From positions 93,374,001-93,438,000 of the forward strand of contig NC_086108.1 of assembly GCF_963921235.1 (NCBI RefSeq): a stretch of 64,000 bases of DNA. The letters are read 5' to 3'. Below are positions 63,540-64,000 of the stretch, piece after piece (the first letter of the stretch is position 1; every line of letters starts with the position of its first letter). The DNA is from Mobula hypostoma. Its lineage: Eukaryota. Made by a program: the position numbers and the translations under genes. The notes beneath the pieces were generated by a model that worked only from the letters and a program-made list of their open reading frames with translations, ran no database searches and was not told where the DNA came from.

Positions 63540-64000
63540 GATCGAGTTTTTTTTGAGCTAAATATATTTACTGATGAAGGCAGTGCAATTGATCTGGTTT
63601 GCATGAACTTAAATAAGGTCTTAGACAAGGTCCCACATGTTTAACTGGTCCCAAAGTTTAGAACCCTTGGCATCAAGACAAGTTGGCAAATTGGATTCAA
63701 CGTTGGCTTGGTACAGAGGGTGACGGTGAGTTTCTTTGTGCAACTGGAACTGATGTTGCTTGTTGTATACATTAGGAGGATCAGTTAGCAAGTTTTCAGA
63801 TGGGATAAAAATTGGTGGTGCTGTTGTTAGCAAAGATATTTTTAGATTACAGACAATATTGATCAGTTGGTAAACAGAGCAGAACAATTATCAGGATTAA
63901 ATTCCATCTGATAATGTATAGTGATGCATTTGAGGGGGAGGGGAGATTTGAAATAAGGGGAGAGCATGTATCATGAACAGTAGAGTGTTAGGGAATAATG
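63540..64000 (+). mobile_element. Old CR1 RT fragment
   Basis: gacaaggtcccacat (DKVPH), aattggattcaacgttggcttg (NWIQRWL), aagttttcagatggg; degraded. Confidence 0.6.

Noticed and set aside
56775..64000. ABCD3 exons 1-3 and promoter
   Set aside because: No match to RAVVDKVF-type sequence and no CpG island; region is mostly LINE debris

Overview
Eukaryotic genomic DNA, most likely a cartilaginous fish (ray or shark; inferred from the repeat families and the vertebrate-type protein). The whole window lies inside one minus-strand gene, ABCD3 (PMP70, peroxisomal ABC half-transporter). I traced 17 consecutive GT-AG exons (equivalent to human exons 4-20, 56774 down to 5691, 1485 nt = 495 codons, open and in phase); exons 1-3 and 21-23 were not found and probably lie outside. 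The introns are packed with transposon copies: CR1 LINEs (one near full length with an esterase ORF1), Rex1/Babar LINEs, Penelope-like elements (PLEs), Tc1, Tigger/pogo and hAT derivatives, an R4/Dong fragment and a tRNA-derived SINE. Best second-look signals: minimal hammerhead-ribozyme motifs in the PLE tails (core intact at 34083-34119), several fold-back insertions (PLE, a palindromic Tc1 built from two 3' halves, a Tigger internal palindrome), a Tc1 family carrying three TIRs, and a locally copied intron segment with twin-priming geometry. I see no prokaryote-type system and no novel protein-coding gene. Human exon numbers and sizes are recalled, not looked up; repeat boundaries without a TSD are approximate.
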